Positions 49,111 through 63,354 of a DNA stretch of 64,000 nt are shown piece by piece. The position numbers and the translations under genes were made by a program. Within the stretch, counting starts at the first letter, position 1. Every line of letters starts with the position of its first letter. Origin of the DNA: Mustelus asterias (Eukaryota); contig NC_135804.1 of assembly GCF_964213995.1 (NCBI RefSeq), positions 33,480,001-33,544,000 on the forward strand, read 5' to 3'. Under the pieces are notes generated by a model, which was not told the DNA's origin, did not search any database, and worked only from the letters and a program-made list of their open reading frames with translations.

Positions 49111-49816
49111 CCGTAACTTCTGGCCTGAATCCCGACTTATGGGGGTCCACATGCGCATCGGGACAATACAGAAGCCCTGATGCATGGACATGTGCGCTGG
49201 AAGCATGCGAAGTTTAAACTTCTGATTCGGGTTTGGAAAGCTGTGGTATTGAATCGCTGAGCTGCAGTCGCTCCCTAACTTCATTTACCTGCCCCGATGA
49301 TAAGTGAGTATTTACACTTATTTATTTGCATGCTTTTCTTTGGTCTCGCTGTGGTGAATAGAAGCAGCAGACGTTCTTTGGGTGAGTTAATACTTTTTGT
49401 AAATGTTTTTAAAAGATATTTTAAAATTATGCAATGCACAGAAAGTGAAAGAAATTTTTTTTTAAAATTACAACATTGTCATGACATACTAATTCCAGTA
49501 ATAAGTGTGTTTATAGATAATAAGGTGGATTTTAAGTGTCTGGAATAAGATTCAGCTAAAGTTTATTTGGATTTTGTTATGTATTTTAAGCATTGTTTAT
49601 CCCAATTTTAAGAATCCCACTGATGTGGTTTTGATCCTTAGAAGTGTCTTGGTGAAATGAGTTCTACATTTGCGGTGGGAAGTATGCATGGTTATTTGGT
49701 TATTTCAAATGCTTATAAAAGTGTATTCCTCAAGATGACATATGCAAGCCTCCTGTAAGCTGCTGTGAACTATCTCTCTGATAGGTACTGCACAATCCAG
49801 TGCAGATTGAAAATAT

Positions 49817-49955
49817 GGGCCAGAATTTTCTGGTTCTTCACACCCCGCCGTCACTGCAAGAGAGGATGGAGAATTTGGCACTCAGCCAAATCTCCATTCA
49901 GCTGCAGCAGGACCAGAGAATCCCACTGGCGTGAACGATTGGAAAGTTCCGGCCC
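49817..49955. mobile_element. Short MITE
   Basis: GGGCCAGAATTTTC...GAAAGTTCCGGCCC TIRs. Confidence 0.65.
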
Positions 49956-50098
49956 TGGAGTCATGTTCCACCGCTGCTGGTATATACTTTTTAGATTGGC
50001 TTCTTAAAATCACTTAGGTTCTTTTGAGGCTTCGGCACAGACGCAGCAGAGTCAGGCGAGATGTAAAATGTACAATTTGTATATCCAATCTGTCCCTC

Positions 50099-50334
50099 TG
50101 TAACGACTTCAATCAGGCAATTGATGTCGGCCTGTTAGGAAATGAACTCCCTGATTAAGGGGCCAAATTGATGGGCCAATCAGGGAGTCTCTTGCTCTGT
50201 ATTTAACCAGGAGTGTCAGTTCCTCTGGGACTCCTAGTGTGGACTGCCAACTGAAACCACTCTGTATGCAGTTGTCAGACTTGCAAATAAAGGGATTTTG
50301 GTGAAGGGACTTCTGCCTCCGAGGACTTATTACA
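50099..50334 (+). mobile_element. Solo LTR
   Basis: TGTAA...TTACA termini; perfect TSD CCCTC (50094-50098, 50335-50339); internal AATAAA. Confidence 0.85.
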
Positions 50335-51052
50335 CCCTCCCCCTCCCTTTCCCTTCTCCCCTTACCTTTCTTCATATTCCTTCCTTGCCTTCTTGTTTAC
50401 AAAGACAACAGAAATGTTCTTTGAATGTATTAAAATATTTTATTGATTCTTGTGTTAAAGAGAAAAACTACATTTTATTGTAAGAAATTTGAAAAGATGA
50501 GGTGTCATACTGCAGCTGCTGAAGTAAAAAGTTTAGTTAAATGTTAGCATGGTATCAAAGTTTTGTATTTATAACATTATTTTTGTTAATAAATGTTTTC
50601 CACCAAACTTTACACAATTCTACTAATGCTTCATTGAAATATTAAAACAAAACGTTTAAATACAAAATTATACTAATACTTTATTGAAGCACCAAAACAG
50701 AAGTTAAATATGAGATAATTATAAATGAAATAAGCAAGGCAGAAGAATACTAATGATAAATGTTCCACAACCCAAAATGTGAACTCTCCTTTGCTCAACC
50801 TCATGCAATAAGATATCCAAATCATAGTCTGAGAAGTTCTGACCCCTCTTCTTCCCAATTACATTTTTAATTTCCATATTCTAAATTAAAACATACAAAC
50901 ACTTATAAGCATGCCATGCGTAAAGTTCATTAATAATATAATGCAGATTTAAATAGGAGTTTCACAGAATTAAAACAAATAACAAAATCCATGTTCATTT
51001 ATACATAATCAAATAATAAGTAGCAAAAAATAAAAAGCTTCAACATACCTTT

Positions 51053-51290
51053 TGAAGCGCTATCAATTAGGCAAAAGACTACTTGTGTGCCAATACAACT
51101 TAGGCTTTTATTCATTACAGAACTAGGAGCATATCCTAACAGATAACCGACCTGAACTGAAGAACGGGGAGGAACCAGCCACCTTTATACTAGGTGACAA
51201 GGGGAGGAGCCGGCAGGGGATGTGTCCAGGCATGACAAACACAACAACGGTGGTCCAGACAGGACAAAGGTGCAACTGTAGTCCACCACA
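51053..51290 (-). mobile_element. Solo LTR related to the 24-28 kb Gypsy LTR
   Basis: TGTGGTG...GCGCTTCA termini; perfect TSD CCTTT; shared AGTATAAAGGT and AATAAAAGCC motifs. Confidence 0.88.
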
Positions 51291-51659
51291 CCTTTATAAT
51301 AGCAGGAAATGTTTTTGATCACTTCTCTTCAATACAAAGAAACTATTTCCAAGCAAGACCTCAAAGGGCGTTCCCAAGCTGGCCCCGTCATAAGAGTGCA
51401 TGGTTAGAGTCCTCCTGCGGCGCGCTGGGGCCTATGGTGTTTGTGGTGATGAAGGCAGAAGGCTGCTGCTCCAATTGGCAGTTGGATCACATTTTTTGAA
51501 CACAGGTGAGTGGGCAAATAAATCTTCTATTTTTGGCAGTGCATAGCTTTCCACTGCTAATTGGAAGTGATGGGCCAAATCTCTTCCATCATTTCTTCAG
51601 TTAAAATACCCATGACGAATGTTTGTTTCCCTTTACTAGGGTCAGGGCAAAATTTGCAA

Positions 51660-52120
51660 GTATAACAGAGTGGTTTCATAACTGCCTTAGAAGTTTCTGA
51701 AAAAGATCAACCAATTTCTAGTTTCCATCATCTAATTGCTCTTCACCCTCAGAAAATGGGACTGATGAAAACTTCTAACCTGCTTTCAGCCTCCAATCTC
51801 AAATTATTTTTTTAACTTTTCCATATTAATTATATTTTCTGGTTTATTGAGTGCAAAATATTCTATCATACCCAGTGGAACAGATTTTGGCCATAAGGCA
51901 ATGTCTTCTGGGTAAGTTTCTTCCCTTACTTCAACAGAAGAATCAGCAAACTCTTGTAGTTCTGTTGTCATTTCAAAGTCGACTTCTTGTTCAACTTTTT
52001 CCAAGTGATGCAGTATCTCCAGAAATCAGCAAGTCTAAGTTATCAGATAATGCATCCATTATTTTGGTGCGTGAGGGTGAATGTGCAGTTTGTATGCTGT
52101 TCAATACTTTGAACTTTTTA
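51660..52120 (-). pseudogene. hAT transposase N-terminal (TTF-type Zn finger) remnant
   Basis: YPEDIALWP...IEYFALNKP and RNWLIF...PLCYTCKF. Confidence 0.65.
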
Positions 52121-52599
52121 AAGTAAAATGACAAACTGTCTTTTTGCCTAGCTTCGTAATCTTGCCTCGCCTTCAGTTTTCTGCATTTTTGACAGCCAGA
52201 TTGATAGTGTCACTTCATATCGATAAAGGAACTGATCTTGATTATAATGATGTATCTGAAAGAGCAGACATTTGCACAGTCAATCCACATTTTTATCAGC
52301 TTCAATTCAAGCTCTGCAAAGATTGGATTTATATTTTAGCTATGATTCTGGTTTTCCAACAACACTCAGTCTGCTCTCCTCCTGTCCATTCCCCCTCACA
52401 ATCTCTCCCTCCCCATGGACCCCCAACCCCATTACAAACTCTCCCTCCCTCCAATATGCAACTTGGCCCTTACAAACTCTCCCTCGTTGTAAGTCAGCAA
52501 CCCTGGCTAACCCCCTCACACACTGTCCTCCCCCCAACACCTTTATACTCTCCCCCCACCACCATCCCCTCACAGTTACCCCCCCCCCCCCCAACCTCT

Positions 52600-55200
52600 C
52601 CAAGTATATTACATCTATTTGTTCCCCTTTATCTATCCTGCTTATTACCACCTCAAAGAATTCTAATAAATTTGTCAGGCATAATTTCCCCTTCACAAAG
52701 CCATGTTGGCTCTGTTTGAGTATGTTGTACATTACTAAATGTTCTGCTATTACATCCTTGAGAATGAACTCGAACATTTCCCAATGACTGAAGTTAAGCT
52801 CATTTGTTTTTTGTCTCCCTCCCTCTTTTTTTGAAATAAATGTTACATTGACAGCTTTACAATTCCTTCCGACGTTTCCAGAATTTAAGGATTCTTGGAA
52901 GATCACTACCAGTGCATCAACTATCTCTGCAGCTGCTTCCTTTAATACCCTAGGTTGCAACCTATCGAGTCCAGGTGATTTATCGGTATTTAGCCCCATT
53001 AGTTTCCCTCGTACTTTCTCTCTAGTGATTGTTATTATATTTATTTCCTCTCCCCTCCTCCAACTTTCTGCCCTTGATTATTTGGTAGTTTTGGAATGTA
53101 ATTAGTGTCCTCCACTGTGAAAACGGACACAAAGTATTTATTTAACTCCTCTGCCATTTCCTGGTTCCTCATTATTCTTTCTCCAGTTTCATTCTCTAAG
53201 GGGTCAATGTTCACTTTGGTCTCTCTCTTCTTTTTTTCTTGGTTAACCATGGTTGATTTATCCCCTTCCTAAGAATTCTTCTTCCTCACTGAGCTATATC
53301 TTTGTTGTGAATCATGAACGACTTTCATAAACATCTGTCATTGCTGATTAACCATCTTTCCTTTCCCAATCCACTCCAGCCAACTCTGCCCCCTTTCCTG
53401 TATAATTACCCTTATTTAAGTTTTGCGTAGTTCTGACCCAAGTTTTTTACTCTCAGACTGAGTGCTAAATTCTACCATGATATGGTCACTGTTTCCTCAG
53501 GGATCTTTTACACTGAGATTGTTCATTAAACCTACTCATTACACATTACCAGATCCAAACTAGCCTGATCCCTGATTGGATCTACATCACATTATTCTCG
53601 GATACTGTCCTGAAAACACTCTATGAATTCTTCCTCATGGCTCCCTCTGCCAATTTGATTTTCTCAAACTACATGAAGATTAAAGTCACCCATGATTTTT
53701 TGCATGACCTTATTATCTGCTGATTTATTCTCTGTCCAACAGTATAGCGACTGTTAGGGGGCCTACAGGTTACTCCCACTGATATCTTCTTCCCATTTGT
53801 TATTTTTTACCTCCACCCACATGGATTTTACATCTTCCGATCCACGATCATGTTTTGCTATCATACTTATTCCATCTCATACTAACAGAGCTACCCCACC
53901 TTTTCTTCCTACCTGTCCTTACAAAAAGTCACATACACCTGGATGTTTAATTGCCAGTTTTCATCTCGTTGAAACCACGCCTCCCTAATGGCTATAAGAT
54001 CATATCCATTAACCTCAATCTGTGCCAGTAATTCATTCATTTTGTGCTAAATGCTATTTACATTTAAGTAAAGAGCTATTAATTTTGTCTTGTTACATTT
54101 TTTTTCCTTTTTGGACCTTGTTGCTTTTTTTAAATGTTTATGCTCTCTGGGTATCATCATTTGAATAGCTGCCTGGTAATGCTGTCATATCCTTTTGCCT
54201 TGTAAGCCTACATATCCCCTCTGCAGAACCAACTCCTCCCTCCTCTCCCCTTCACTTAGTTTAAAGCCCTCTCTACTTCTCTAGTTAAGCAATTTGCAAG
54301 AACACTGGTCCCAACATGGTTCAGATGTAAGGCTACCCAACAGTATGGCCTCCACTTTCTCCAGTGGCCCATGAACCAAAACCCACCTCTCCCACACCAG
54401 TCTGTGAACTACACATTCGTCTCTCTAATTTTATGTATCCTATGCCAATTTGCACGCAGCTCAGGTAATAATCCAGAGATTATAACCTTAGAGGCTCTGT
54501 TGTTTAATTTATTGCCTAGCTCCTCAAACTACCTATATAGAACCTCTTTTCTCACTCTTCCTAAGTCCTACAGGGACCCTGACCACTGGATCCTCCCCCT
54601 CCTAATGCAAGTTTCTCTCCAGTCCAGAGCAGATGTCCCTGGCACTGGGCAGGCAACATAACCTTTAGGACTGTCAATCCTGGCTACACAGAATAGCGTT
54701 TATTTCCCTAATCATACTATTCCCGACTATGACCACATTTCTCTTTTCTCCCCCAACTTAAATGACTCCCTGTATCATGGTGCTATGGTCAGTTTGCTCA
54801 TTCTCCTTACAGTCCCACTCTTGTCCACACAGGGAGCGAGAATCTTGAACCTGTTGGACAAGGGCAGAGGCTGAGTCACCTGCAGTGCTACCTCTTGGAT
54901 CTCTCTACCTGCCTCATTCATAGTCACACCTTCCTGTCCTTGACCATTGACTGAATTCTAAGTAGTTAACCTAAAGGGTGTGACAGCCTATTGAAACACA
55001 GCCTCCAGGTAACTCTCCCCCTCCCTGATGCATCGCAATGTCTGAAGCTCCACGTCCATCTCACTAGCTCTGAGCCGAAGTTCCTCAAGCAACCAATGTT
55101 TACTACAGATATGGTCGCTATTAACCACACTTGGGTCCACCAGCTCCCGCATGCTGTAGCTACAACACATTGCGTGGACCTGCATCTCTATTTTATTTAA
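52600..55200 (-). mobile_element. Long degenerate CR1 LINE (ORF1 and 5' part of ORF2)
   Basis: KSPGLDRLQPRVLKEAAAEI...QHGFVKGKLCLTNL; ORF1 N-terminus HICSKHWLLEELRLRASEMDVELQTLRCIREGESYL. Confidence 0.85.
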
Positions 55201-55531
55201 TTAGATTTCCGATTTGTTTGTACTTCCACGACTGAATTTTAGTCTTCACGCGAACTTTTTTTTCTTACCTAGCCTTCAATCTCAAAGCAAGTCCGAAAAA
55301 GAAGAGAGAAATATTCACCGACCAAACATTTCGCTGTGACATTACACAGGCATGTTCAATTGATGTTGTCAGACTATTGCAACCTTTCCTCCAGCTCCCC
55401 GGCCTTGGTCTGCTCACCAGAGTCTGACTTCGCTCTGCATTGCCTGCTGATAGACTAAACAAATACAAATGAGCCTATCAGCACATGCAAAGGCTCTAAT
55501 TGGTTGCCCAGTCTACTGGCCATTATAGCCA

Positions 55532-55565
<34 letters not shown>

Positions 55566-57949
55566 CAACCCCATCCCCCAATTGGTTGGGGCCCTGTGCT
55601 GAGATACAGTGGGCAAGATTGTCCAGGCACGCTCGCCCCAAAACTGGAAAGTCGCGCCTGCATGGTTTGCCCCCTACCCGCTACGATTCCCGTGGTGGAC
55701 GGGACAGAAAATTCCACCCCCCCCCCCCCCTCTCCGCCCCAGTGTGTTTCATTGTAAATCCACCTCTGCCACCACTATTCCCTGTTTTAATTCATGCTCC
55801 ACCATGTATATTTGTTCAGGTCCTCAGGACATTTCATTATGCTAAAAACACTGTGTAAGTGCAAGATGTTGTAAACCAAAAGGAAATGGATTTGAAATGT
55901 CAGATTGTCATAAATATATTTTATTATTATTTACAAAAGTGCTTTCTTTTTTCCCTTTTTTCAGACGTACTGCCATATTGTCCTTTTTATGCAACATACA
56001 CTCTAAGGTCACACAGCAGAGATTTATGGGGCTGGCCTGCAAAGAACCTTTAGCATCTTTCCCCCATTATTCATTAAAAGACACGTTACTTCAAAAAGAC
56101 AATATGGCACTGTCTCAGTGAACTGACAAGGAAAACATGGTTACAATGAGCAATCAATTTTAAAAATGCTTTTAATGAATAACAAATTCGTATGACCTTT
56201 AATTGACCATTGCAAATATTTTCGCTGAATCCATAACAACATATTTTTGATTCCCACCTGCTTATAAGAAGCACTTTTGTTTGGTCTGAATTAGTGTTTT
56301 CTGCATCTTAGCACTGTTTGGCTCACAGCTGCAGCACCACAGTTCCCATCAATAATAATGTCTCTGAAACAGTCAACAGCTTTAGAGACTCCCCTTCTTC
56401 ACTGCTACGGATTTAACATTTATTTGTTTGTCATATTATATGACCCTGTAGCCTTTTGTATTTAAAAGAAACACTAAAATTCACTTAAATTTATTTCCCG
56501 GATCTTGGGAGGACCGTACCATAATGAATGAACCAATGCAGCAGCTGATGTTTGAATGGTGGCAGAATGATGCATTGTTTTCCCATATCAATATGCATTG
56601 CCACTATTCAATACAATGATTTACTTCTATAAATGACAGAATCACCCTGAGGGATACATTACATAATAATGAAAGCAGATTGTCCAATGCATGGAGGAAT
56701 ATATAATTCATGCACAGATAAAAAATATATATATTAAATGTGAAGATTGGCCAAAATCAATTTAAGGCATTTGTACAGCATTTTGTGAAAGTCAGATACA
56801 CCTACATTGTATCAGTGGAATTGTGACCTCCATTACAAGGACCTTCTTCCTGCGTGATGTGATCTGTGCCATAAATCTACGCATAGATCAATTATCCATA
56901 GTATATTAAAACTTCTTAAACAGACAACTCTTGTTATATACATTATACGTTTCAAATGAATGATCTAAAATGCTGCTATAACGTTATAGCTTACGTTTCC
57001 TATGTTAGTTTGCTATGCAAATCCACAGTAATATGTGATTAAGTAAATATCTTAACGCTGAGTTTGTCTCTGCTGTACATTAAATGGAACCATGCCATTA
57101 ACTTTAACAGCATCATTCAATTACTTTTCTTATTTATGTTACAGATTAAGAAATTTGGTTTAAAAAGACAGATAATGCAGTTTCAATGACATATTGCCCA
57201 ATTGCATGTTCATATTAGTGTTTCATTTTATTGTTCATACTAAATTGATTTCTTTGCATTAGTTTGCTCCTTCCCCTGTAACTGAGGCACAAATGGACAT
57301 TGTTGAGTGTAATACATTTCTCAAAATGCTGTTTGTGCGTATGTTGGCGTTACCAACGTATACGAGAAATGCTGGAAAACTTTGTCATGTTGAATGTGAA
57401 TTCCCCATTTTACAAAACTACATAATCTGCATTTCATAATGATCAAATATTAACAAAAAAATTAGCTAACATTATATATTAACCATTGGGACAAGGTGCC
57501 TGCTAATCCACAACGTGGTGAAAATATCTTATATGCAAATGATTGGGACTTGGAATTTTTTCATGTCATTTGAATTTGCATATGGCACATAGAAAATTCA
57601 TTTAGAGGCTAACAATGTAAAAACATAATTTGGTGTAATGTTTTATTTAAAGCCATATATCTTACCTAATTCTGAAAGACAGTTATGTTGCATGTATTTC
57701 ATTAGCGTTGTGGTGCGTTTCATATCATCACAGCACAGAACATGCTGTATAGCACTGCCAATTTAAAATCGCAGCAACATTTGGATTAGCAGTTGGTATA
57801 GTCTTGCACCATTGGTGATGTGCTCTGGCTTCAGTATAATTGCTGTTAAAGCAGAACTTTTTGTTTAATTCCTGTCTCTTACAGTTTTAAGAGAACCTGA
57901 TGGTGAATTGCCCCTCCATTACTGGTTTTATCCCATCCACCACAATTAA

Positions 57950-58230
57950 CATCCACTCCCTCCACCTCTTGTGCATCATGGCTGCCACGTGCACTGTTTA
58001 TAAGATGCATTGTAGTAACTAATTTCTGCCTGCAACTTCTACCACCTAGAAGGACGAGGGCAGTAGAACACCGCCCAAGTAAAAATTCCCCCAGCCATGC
58101 TTGGAATTATAGTGTTGTTCCTTCATTGTCATTGGATCAAAATCCTGGAACCCTAACAGCATTGTGGGTGTACCTACATCACATGGCCTGCAACAATGCA
58201 AGAAGGCGGCTCACCACCATCATCTCCAGG
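57950..58230 (+). mobile_element. L2/CR1-group LINE 3' fragment
   Basis: Homologous to 13330-13570. Confidence 0.65.
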
Positions 58231-58899
58231 TGATCATCTCCCTGCAATGCATCGAAAAAAAATCATCTCTTTTCCATCATCAGTACTTCCGCCAGTTTTT
58301 GAAGGCCAGTAGAGATTTTTCTTAGATACGTTTGAATATATATTCATGGAGCCTCATCATTTACCCCACTAAAAACATGTACAAGAAGGTGGTAGATCCA
58401 TGTTTTCCATTTCAATTTCTGTTGAAGAGGTATTCAATACTACACCACATGATATGATATAACCATTACGTTAAAACTTCATGGCTTAACAATTAGCTAT
58501 CCAACAATGACAAAGATTATGATCTGGAAATCCCTAAAAACTGACTTCACCAGCTCAGAAAGTTTGGAGGAAAAGCTATTAGACGGGTGTATGTAGTTAA
58601 AGGGCTGAGTGGGCTCTTGGAAGAGGAGCAGATCTGGCTGGAGCTAAAGAAGGATTAAGGCTTCTCAGTTTTCTGCAGCTGATGTGGAAGCACCACTGGC
58701 ACAAATCAGAGAAAGGAGGAATGCTAAAGATGGGACTACATGGAAGGAATTATTGCACGAACCATATGAACAGAGCAGTAGAATCTTGTTGGCTTGGTCT
58801 CTGCAAGAACAATGGAAGCAAACTATGAAGGGTCCCTTTTTCAACAATGGTAGCACCGGTTGCAGCATTCAGGACAATAGTAGGAAGGAACAAAGACAT

Positions 58900-59135
58900 G
58901 CAGAATGGATGGATGATGTGGAAGAGCTGCACCCTGCTTCAGAGATTCATCTGTGGAGGTAATGATTGATCTAGTGGAGAGATAGGAAGAAATCTGCTTT
59001 CCTGAGGACAGCCAAGCTCACTGGGCCGGTGTGACTGCAAATCTCAAAGGCTGCCAGATACCATGGTGTGATGCCGAGGACCTGAATCCAGTGCAGGAGA
59101 AGGTTCAATGACCTTATAAAGTCTAGCAAGGTCAG
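58900..59135 (+). pseudogene. Harbinger Myb/SANT remnant
   Basis: RT*IQCRRRFNDLIKSSK then a GTCAGT donor site. Confidence 0.6.
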
Positions 59136-60869
59136 TGCCCTGCAATTCTCAGCTGGCAGCCATAATTCTCTCAATTCTCTAGCATTTTCCTGCACTGCAT
59201 TTGGTTTCCCCATGCCCATCAGCCTCATGGTCCTGTTTGTGACTGCCTCCAGCCCTCACCCTGTACTTGGTGTTGCCCTGGGGGATTGCGGTCTCCTCAA
59301 TGATGACCTTGACCCGATGATGACCTCAAGGTGCCCTTGTGTATTCCTGTACGGCTGTACCAGGTGCATGTGTGAAGCAGGTGTTAATTCTGTGTAGCCC
59401 AGCATCTCCTCATGAAGAGGCTGCAATGATGCCCCAAATTGAAGGATTCCTTCAGTGAGAGATGTGAATCTATGTTGGAAGCTGCGCTGCAGTGAGTGAT
59501 ATAGTTGCTGCCTCAAATGCAAGCTCTGTTTGAAAGCTTGGCTGAGATCCAGCACGGTTCCGAAAGGGTTAATGGTAACCAGTGGGATGCGGAGGAGACT
59601 AGAGGGAGCAGTTGCTAGGCAAGTGCAGAGAACAGCATCCTTCATGGAGTATCCCCTGACTGTCTCAGCGATGTGGCTTTTTATGTGATATGAACTACCT
59701 GGCAACACATCGTTCACCTGCCATTGACACCAGATCCTGTGTGCAGTAACTTTTCCAAACCCGCTCCCTGATCTGGTGTGGGACTGTCAGTGAGGAAAAT
59801 TCCATGAGTTATTCCAACTTCCTGTGGTAATGAGATTTTCAAAGGAGAGAGGCCCTGGGTCATTGATCCTTGCGCTGTGTGGGGTGAGTTAAGGGAGGGT
59901 CGGCCTGAGTTCAGGCTTTCTCCATGAGGCCAAGACTAGGCCAGACTGTGAGTGCACAATTGGTACAAGTTTCCAGGAGTGCAGATGGCCCTGGTGTATC
60001 GGTATATATTGAGCTTAAAGCTCTGAGCTGAGAGAGGGCATGAAAGGAAGTGAACCATTTTAACAGAGGTGCCTGAAACCAACATGGATGGGGTTACCTC
60101 CCACACCATGGAAACTGAATGAATGTGATCTGGCTTCCTTTCCCTTCAGCTCAAACCGCCCCCCTTGCCCCAGTTGAGATGCAGAATCCCTCCCAAGCTG
60201 AGCAGAGCAGTTTTTCAATCTTCATTCACCTCCTTGCTCCCCTTTGGATGCATTGCTGCCAGGGCCCCACGATTGAAAAGCAACACCAAATGATGGCCAC
60301 ATGACTTCCGGCAGAGAGGGTGGGTGCATGGTGGGAGACCGCTACCTGGCCATCCGGTCTGCTAATGACATTGAAATCAGCGTTTTTTCATAATTAGCGG
60401 GTTGCTGCCTGCTGTGGTTGGGTGAATCCCAATTGCCTTGACACCTGTCAGGAATCCAGCCCAATGTTTTCTTTTATATGCCTCTTCGAACCACAGCCAA
60501 ATTACAATTGTTGACTCAGCCTCCTTTAGCTTTCAGCCAATAGAATTAAATATTCATCATTGAATGCAATGGGCAACCAATCCAATGCTACCCATTTTGT
60601 ACCATGACCTGAGATTAATTTCGACCAAAATATTTCTGGTTCCCGTTCCCTCTGGCAATAGTGGAGACCACTCAACTATCCAGCCATTCAACCTCTCCCA
60701 TACTCTCAACAAATCTGGTGTGCCAGAATTAATGTCTTCCCTTACAACTGCCTACTGCTCCACGTCTTGGAAGTATAGAGATCATCGTATGGTTCAATGC
60801 CATAGTCTAGCTCAGTAATTTTACTGAAATAGAATATTTCTTGTGTAGTGCAGAATGTAAGGAAAGTCT

Positions 60870-61220
60870 AACATGTTAGTAATTGGTTAGTAAAAGGAGA
60901 AGCTGTTCCCACTCATAAATGGATCAAGAACGAGAGGGCACAGATTTAAAGTCATTTGCAAAAGAAGCAAAGATGATGTGAAAAAAAAACGTTTTCACAC
61001 AATGAGCCGTTCAGGTCTGAAATGCCCTGCCTGTAAGTGTGGTGGAGATAGGTTCAACTGAAGCATTCAAGAGGGCATTAGAATAGAAACAACATACAAG
61101 GATACAAGGAAAAGGCAAGAGAATGGCACGAAATCACGATGCTCGTTTGGAGAGCCGGTGCAGACACAATGGGCCAAATAGCCTTCTCCTGTGCCATAAC
61201 AATTGTGATTCTGTGATTCT
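60870..61220 (+). mobile_element. CR1 3' end fragment
   Basis: SRTRGHRFKVI, VFTQ; tail ATTCTGTGATTCT. Confidence 0.8.
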
Positions 61221-61694
61221 TACAGCATGTGGCATATGTGGTGGTCCAAATCTCTGGACAACCACAGTCCTTGCCCTGCACTGCCTCTCACTCATGTGTA
61301 TAAAAGGGAGTCTTGGACAATGGACCCTTGGTGTTGTGAGTCACCTCCGCTGTCTGGGTCTTTGCTCCTCAGCCTCCTGTTGATGCTCACACTCACCCTG
61401 GCCATGTCCCCCAGGCAGTGCCTCCAGCTAAAGTTGCTCATGCCAATACCTTCCCCTCCTTCACCTCCTGCATCTAATCAGGATTCCGTGAAAATCTCCC
61501 TGGACCACAGGATCACTTTTGCCTCCTCTCTGAAAAGATATATTGAAGACCAAAATGGTTAAAGGGTGCAGAAAAGAAAGGTGTGAATGAGAGACCTTCA
61601 GGAGAAGTGGGGCAGCTAATATTTGTCAGCTTAGATCATATTGTTCCTCATGCTAACTTACCTCTGGGACTCCAGCACACACATGAAGGATAGC

Positions 61695-62083
61695 AGCATT
61701 CCATTCCACAGTCCAAACGCAAACCAGCCTCCCATCCATTGACTCTGTCTACACTTCCCGCTGCCTCGGAAAAGCAGCCAGCATAATCAAGGACCCCAAG
61801 CACGCTGGACATGCTCTGTTCCACCTTCATCCGTCGGGAAAACTGCTGAGGCCACGTACCAACCGACTCAAAAACAGCTTCTTCCCTGCTGCCATCAGAC
61901 GTTTTTTTGGACCTACCTCGCACCATGTTGATTGTTCTCTACACTATGACTGTGACACTACATTCTGCACTCCCGCCTTTCCTTCTCTATGAACTGTATA
62001 CTTTGTCTGTATAGCATGCATGAAACAATACTTTTCACTGTACACTAATACATGTGACAATAAATCAAATTAAATCAAATTAA
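61695..62083 (+). mobile_element. Rex1/Babar LINE 3' end
   Basis: SLPSIDSVYTSRCLGKAASIIKDP...RTNRLKNSFFPAAIR; tail TGTGACAATAAATCAAATTAAATCAAATT. Confidence 0.8.
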
Positions 62084-63209
62084 AGGTGTGACATCTGGAG
62101 CCTGGTAGGGGCGAAGAACTTGTGAATTTCATGATGGGACCAATCTGGCTCTAAACTCCACTCATTAACGAGGTATAACTTTGAGCTTTTTGTTTCTCGA
62201 GGTGAATGGATGGAATGCGCTTGATCATTGAGGAGTGAGATGAATTGTTAACCCCTAACTCCACTTCACTGCTGAGATGGCAGAGTTGATGCAGCTGTGC
62301 CTTCTTCACTATAGCCCTCACTCTCCAAGACTTCAATCCTTTCTTCCGCGATGTAGCTTTCCAAAAATTTGATGTGAGGCTATTGAGTTGTAACTGTTCT
62401 GTTAAAACCGCAAAATTAGATATCTGGTTAGCTCTTTCTTCCTGTGCAATGGCTCTGAGTCATGCCTCATAGACCTGAACCCTATCCATTGTGGTGGCAC
62501 CAACAAGTGAGTGTGCATTCCATGAAGGAGCTCCAGTTCCTGCCATCGTGAGCCCTCACCCTTCCCCCCCACCTCCTCCCCCCCTTGCACAGCCCTCCTT
62601 TCCCACATTGCTTCATCAGCCCACCCACCCGCCGGCCTCACCTCACACCCCAACCCAGGTCAAACTTCAGGCCTTTGTTGCGGTGGCTGCATGAATCCTG
62701 CAACACAGTGCTGTCCACATAGCCACAGGGGTGCGACACCAGGGGGGAAGGTGACCCTTGTACACCTGAGTTCCAGGCGCTGTGCTGATCTGAATTGTTG
62801 ACACAAGAGTGTCCATGGGCCCAGCAGCACTATATTGTCCATGAAGATCAGCTCGGCATGGAGGTGAAGGCTAGGAACGGGTCTGCCCCAGCAGAGTGGT
62901 GTACAATGCATCAGGAGCAGTGCAGCCCTGTGGAAGTTAGGCTTTGTTGCAGTGACCTCAAAGTCTCTTGAGAATTGAGGGCCACTTTGTGCATGCTATG
63001 CCTTATCGATCAGTTTTAGCGGGCAGCTGTTTTAATGAGCATTCATGAGATACACATGAATGCAATGGGCGTTAATGCCACCTGCCATTGGGAGAATTGC
63101 AATCTGATTTTATGCCTGCGAATTTCCGACTATTTGGCTCCCGCTAGATTCTCCGCTCCTGCCCATCACCAAACCCACAGCAGACGGGATGGGAGAATTC
63201 CCCCCATGA

Positions 63210-63340
63210 TTGACAAAGGGACTAGCTGGGTAAATACATGGGAGGGTTACGGCAATAGGGCCTGGATGGGATCGTTGTTGGTGCAGGCTTGGTGGGCCAA
63301 ATGGCCTCCTTCTGCACTGTAGGAATTCTATGATTCTATA
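63210..63340 (+). mobile_element. Truncated HE1-like SINE 3' end
   Basis: GGCCTCCTTCTGCACTGTAGGAATTCTATGATTCTA tail. Confidence 0.8.
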
Positions 63341-63354
63341 TTTATTCGACGGTT

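Larger units (their letters stand above)
43419..55768 (-). mobile_element. Putative ancient hAT transposon, heavily interrupted
   Basis: Candidate TIRs CAGAGGCAAATTTACA (43419) and TGTAAATCCACCTCTG (55753-55768), 13/16 match, enclosing the transposase fragments; no clear 8-bp TSD. Confidence 0.45.

Noticed and set aside
51480-51560. YALPKIEDLFA, a Gypsy RT-like fragment on the minus strand
   Set aside because: Short isolated motif whose boundaries cannot be defined
43419-55768. Domesticated ZMYM1-like host gene
   Set aside because: Fragments contain stops, frameshifts, insertions and an inversion, which fits a dead hAT transposase
62150-63000. Possible Harbinger nuclease remnant
   Set aside because: Only vague similarity; no motif I could verify
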